Positions 61,852 to 64,000 of a stretch of DNA of 64,000 bases are shown piece after piece (position 1 is the stretch's first letter; every line of letters begins with the position of its first letter). The DNA lies in assembly GCA_902518185.1 (NCBI GenBank), contig CABYFG010000004.1, forward strand, positions 30,198-94,197, in the 5' to 3' direction. The notes beneath the pieces were generated by a model that did not search any database, was not told the origin of the DNA, and saw only the letters and a program-made list of their open reading frames with translations. Made by a program: the position numbers and the translations under genes. The DNA comes from an uncultured Pelagibacteraceae bacterium. GTDB taxonomy: Bacteria > Pseudomonadota > Alphaproteobacteria > Pelagibacterales > Pelagibacteraceae.

Positions 61852-62235
61852 TTATTTCTTAAGCGGTGTTAATTTTTTTCCAGCAATAGCTATAGCTTTA
61901 CCCTTTCTTGTTCTGGCATTACATCTTGTTCTCTGACCTCTAACTGGTAATTTTTTTCTATGTCTTGAACCCCTATAGCAAGCAAGATCGACTAATCTTT
62001 TGATACTTAATGAAAAATCTCGTCTTAAATCACCCTCAACTTTAAAATTTTGATCAATATATTCTCTAATTTTTAAAATTTCTTCATCTGTTAATTGATT
62101 TACTCTTTTATTTCTTGGTATTTCTAGAGATGAGCATATTTGATTAGAAAATTTATTTCCAATACCGTAAATATAAGTAAGTCCTACATGGACAAGTTTA
62201 TTTTGTGGAATGTTAATACCTGCAATACGAGCCAT
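61852..62235 (-). CDS. rpsM: 30S ribosomal protein S13
   Basis: [29 protein letters not shown]. Confidence 0.98.
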   Translation of the reverse strand: MARIAGINIPQNKLVHVGLTYIYGIGNKFSNQICSSLEIPRNKRVNQLTDEEILKIREYIDQNFKVEGDLRRDFSLSIKRLVDLACYRGSRHRKKLPVRGQRTRCNARTRKGKAIAIAGKKLTPLKK

Positions 62236-62258
62236 AAATTTGTGATAAAATATGACTT

Positions 62259-62286
62259 TTTATATAAGAAGTTTTTTTAATGTCAA
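62259..62286 (-). promoter_or_regulatory. Putative sigma70 promoter of the rpsM-rpsK-rpoA-rplQ operon (TTGACA-N16-TATAAA)
   Basis: Perfect -35 at 62286-62281 and -10 at 62264-62259 in the adk-rpsM spacer. Confidence 0.65.
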
Positions 62287-62290
62287 TGGA

Positions 62291-62854
62291 TTAAGCATTA
62301 ATAAAACCATCGATTTTGCTTGTAATTTCGTCTATTTGAAGATCTCCCTCTATTTCATAAAAATTTTGATTTTTTGAGTAGAAGTCTAGAACAGGTTTTG
62401 TCGTTTTCATATAAACATCGTATCTTTTAAGAATGGTGTTAAAATCATCGTCTGATCTTTTTTCTAAAAATTTTCTTTTTTCAATTCTTTTTAAGATTGT
62501 TTCTTTTTTTACATTTAGAAAAAAAACAAAGTTAATTTTTTGATTTGATTTTTTGAGTAATATATCTAAGTTTTTTGCTTGACTTAAAGATCTGGGATAA
62601 CCATCAAATATCAATTTACCTTTTTTTTTAGAATCGAAAACTAAAATTTCTATAAGTTTATTTACAATCTCATCACTAACAAACCTACCTTCGTTCATGT
62701 CATTAATAATTTTTTTTCCAATATCAGAATTTTTTTGTATTTCCTCTCTTAAAATTTCTCCAGTCGATACTTTATAGCCACTTAATTTTTTAACTAAATA
62801 ATTGGTTTGAGTCCCTTTACCGGCTCCCGGAGGTCCAATTAAAATAATATTCAC
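62291..62854 (-). CDS. adk: Adenylate kinase, short-LID form
   Basis: GPPGAGKGT, STGEILR, FDGYPR, RSDD; 187 aa; GTG start. Confidence 0.96.
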   Translation of the reverse strand: MNIILIGPPGAGKGTQTNYLVKKLSGYKVSTGEILREEIQKNSDIGKKIINDMNEGRFVSDEIVNKLIEILVFDSKKKGKLIFDGYPRSLSQAKNLDILLKKSNQKINFVFFLNVKKETILKRIEKRKFLEKRSDDDFNTILKRYDVYMKTTKPVLDFYSKNQNFYEIEGDLQIDEITSKIDGFINA

Positions 62855-62859
62855 CTTTT

Positions 62860-64000
62860 TTATCTTCCAAATTTAGTTTTTTTAATTAATTGTTCGTATT
62901 GTGAACTCATTAACCTGGTTTGTATTTGAGTTACAGTATCTATTGCAACAACTACAACAATCAAAATTGATGTTCCTCCTAAATAAAATGGGATAGGATA
63001 ATTTGCAATCAAAAATTCAGGCATCAAACAAACTAAAGTAAGATACAAGGCTCCAATGGTAGTTAATTTTGTAAGAATATTTTCAATGTATATAGCTGTA
63101 CTCTCACCAGGTCTGATACCTGGAATAAATCCCCCATATTTTCTTAAATTATCAGCGGTTTCATTTGGATTAAAAGTAATCGAAGTATAAAAAAATGTAA
63201 AAAAAATAATACCTGAAGCATATAGTAACATATATAAAGGTTGTCCCTGAGTAAAATACGAACTCAAGTTAAGAAAAGTATCGTTTTCCGAAAAGTTAAA
63301 ATTTGAAAATGTTACAGGTAATAATAATAAAGCTGAGGCAAAAATTGCTGGAATTACACCTGCTTGATTTATTTTAAGTGGTAAATGTGAAGACTCACCT
63401 CCATACATTTTATTACCCATTTGTCTTTTAGGATAATTTATGAGTATTTTTCTTAAAGCTCTTTCCATAAAAACAATAAATAAGACTGTAAGAATTAGTA
63501 AAATAAAAATTGCAATTATCATTAATGTTGATACCGCTCCTGTTCTACCTAATTCAAAAGTTGTTACAAGCGCTCTAGGTATCTCTGCGATTATTCCGGC
63601 AAATATTATCAAAGATATTCCATTACCGATTCCTCTTTGTGTAATTTGTTCACCTAGCCACATTAAAAAAATAGTTCCAGCAACTATAGTTGTCACGGTT
63701 GAAATTTTAAAAAAAATTCCAGGATCTATAACTAATTCAGCTGAAGACTCTAGTCCAACCGCTAAACCATAACCCTGAAGTGTAGCTAATAAAACAGTTC
63801 CATACCTGGTAATTTGGGTTATTTTGGATCTGCCTGTCTCACCTTGTGCTTTAAGATTTTTAAAATAATCAGAAACTCCAGTCAAAAGCTGCACAATGAT
63901 TGATGATGATATATACGGCATTATACCTAACGCAAATATAGCCATTCTGCTTACCGCTCCACCCGCAAAAACATTAAACATCCCAAGTAAACCTTTTTGA
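62860..64000 (-). CDS. secY: Preprotein translocase SecY (5' end outside the window)
   Basis: IFALGIMPYISSSIIVQL, WLGEQIT.RGIGNGISL, FIPGIRPG, GGTSILI; frame stays open to the window edge. Confidence 0.98.
   Translation of the reverse strand, partial: QKGLLGMFNVFAGGAVSRMAIFALGIMPYISSSIIVQLLTGVSDYFKNLKAQGETGRSKITQITRYGTVLLATLQGYGLAVGLESSAELVIDPGIFFKISTVTTIVAGTIFLMWLGEQITQRGIGNGISLIIFAGIIAEIPRALVTTFELGRTGAVSTLMIIAIFILLILTVLFIVFMERALRKILINYPKRQMGNKMYGGESSHLPLKINQAGVIPAIFASALLLLPVTFSNFNFSENDTFLNLSSYFTQGQPLYMLLYASGIIFFTFFYTSITFNPNETADNLRKYGGFIPGIRPGESTAIYIENILTKLTTIGALYLTLVCLMPEFLIANYPIPFYLGGTSILIVVVVAIDTVTQIQTRLMSSQYEQLIKKTKFGR

Noticed and set aside
6541-63772. Many 60-110 aa antisense or alternate-frame ORFs in the track (e.g. 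6541-6804, 12140-12469, 27094-27408, 44834-45163, 47346-47597, 52980-53315, 63440-63772)
   Set aside because: They lie almost entirely within well-supported genes, have no motifs, and show mirror-codon composition typical of shadow ORFs
1-64000. CRISPR arrays, IS elements, prophage, rRNA, tmRNA near smpB, FMN or glycine riboswitches
   Set aside because: No repeat-spacer pattern or transposase/integrase ORFs, and the relevant spacers are too short to hold these RNAs

Overview
Very AT-rich, gene-dense core-genome segment of a streamlined alphaproteobacterium. Gene order, Lys/Ile/Asn-biased proteins and minimal spacers point to SAR11/Pelagibacterales (inferred from the sequence, no database search). 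It holds about 67 CDS and one tRNA-Ser(GCT). Blocks: rplM-rpsI-argC-hom and transporters; a metY / alpha-beta hydrolase / methyltransferase-like operon; ctaA; cbp3-rpmF-plsX-ihfA-merR-rpmG; bamE; hppA; a long operon from a 2OG-Fe oxygenase through rpiB-glyA-nrdR-ribD-ribE-ribBX-ribH-nusB-thiL; hemB; dapA-smpB-folK-rsh-pyrE-pdxJ-acpS-lepB-rnc-recO; slt; soxBDAG plus an amino-acid ABC binding protein and permease; gatCAB; ruvX-pyrB-pyrC'-plsY-topA; galU-ugd; panC; mgtE; lipB; rluC; and secY-adk-rpsM-rpsK-rpoA-rplQ. I saw no mobile element, prophage or CRISPR array. The best leads for uncharacterised biology are: (1) the metY-hydrolase-methyltransferase-like operon, whose leader has a palindrome but no recognisable SAM-V riboswitch; (2) the sox-linked cyclohexadienyl-dehydratase-like binding protein with a lipobox-bearing permease and no ATPase; (3) two divergent genes whose start codons interlock in one CATG; (4) an unannotated 56-aa lipoprotein between argC and hom; (5) the 2OG-Fe oxygenase heading the glyA/riboflavin operon. 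These are hypotheses, not demonstrated new systems.
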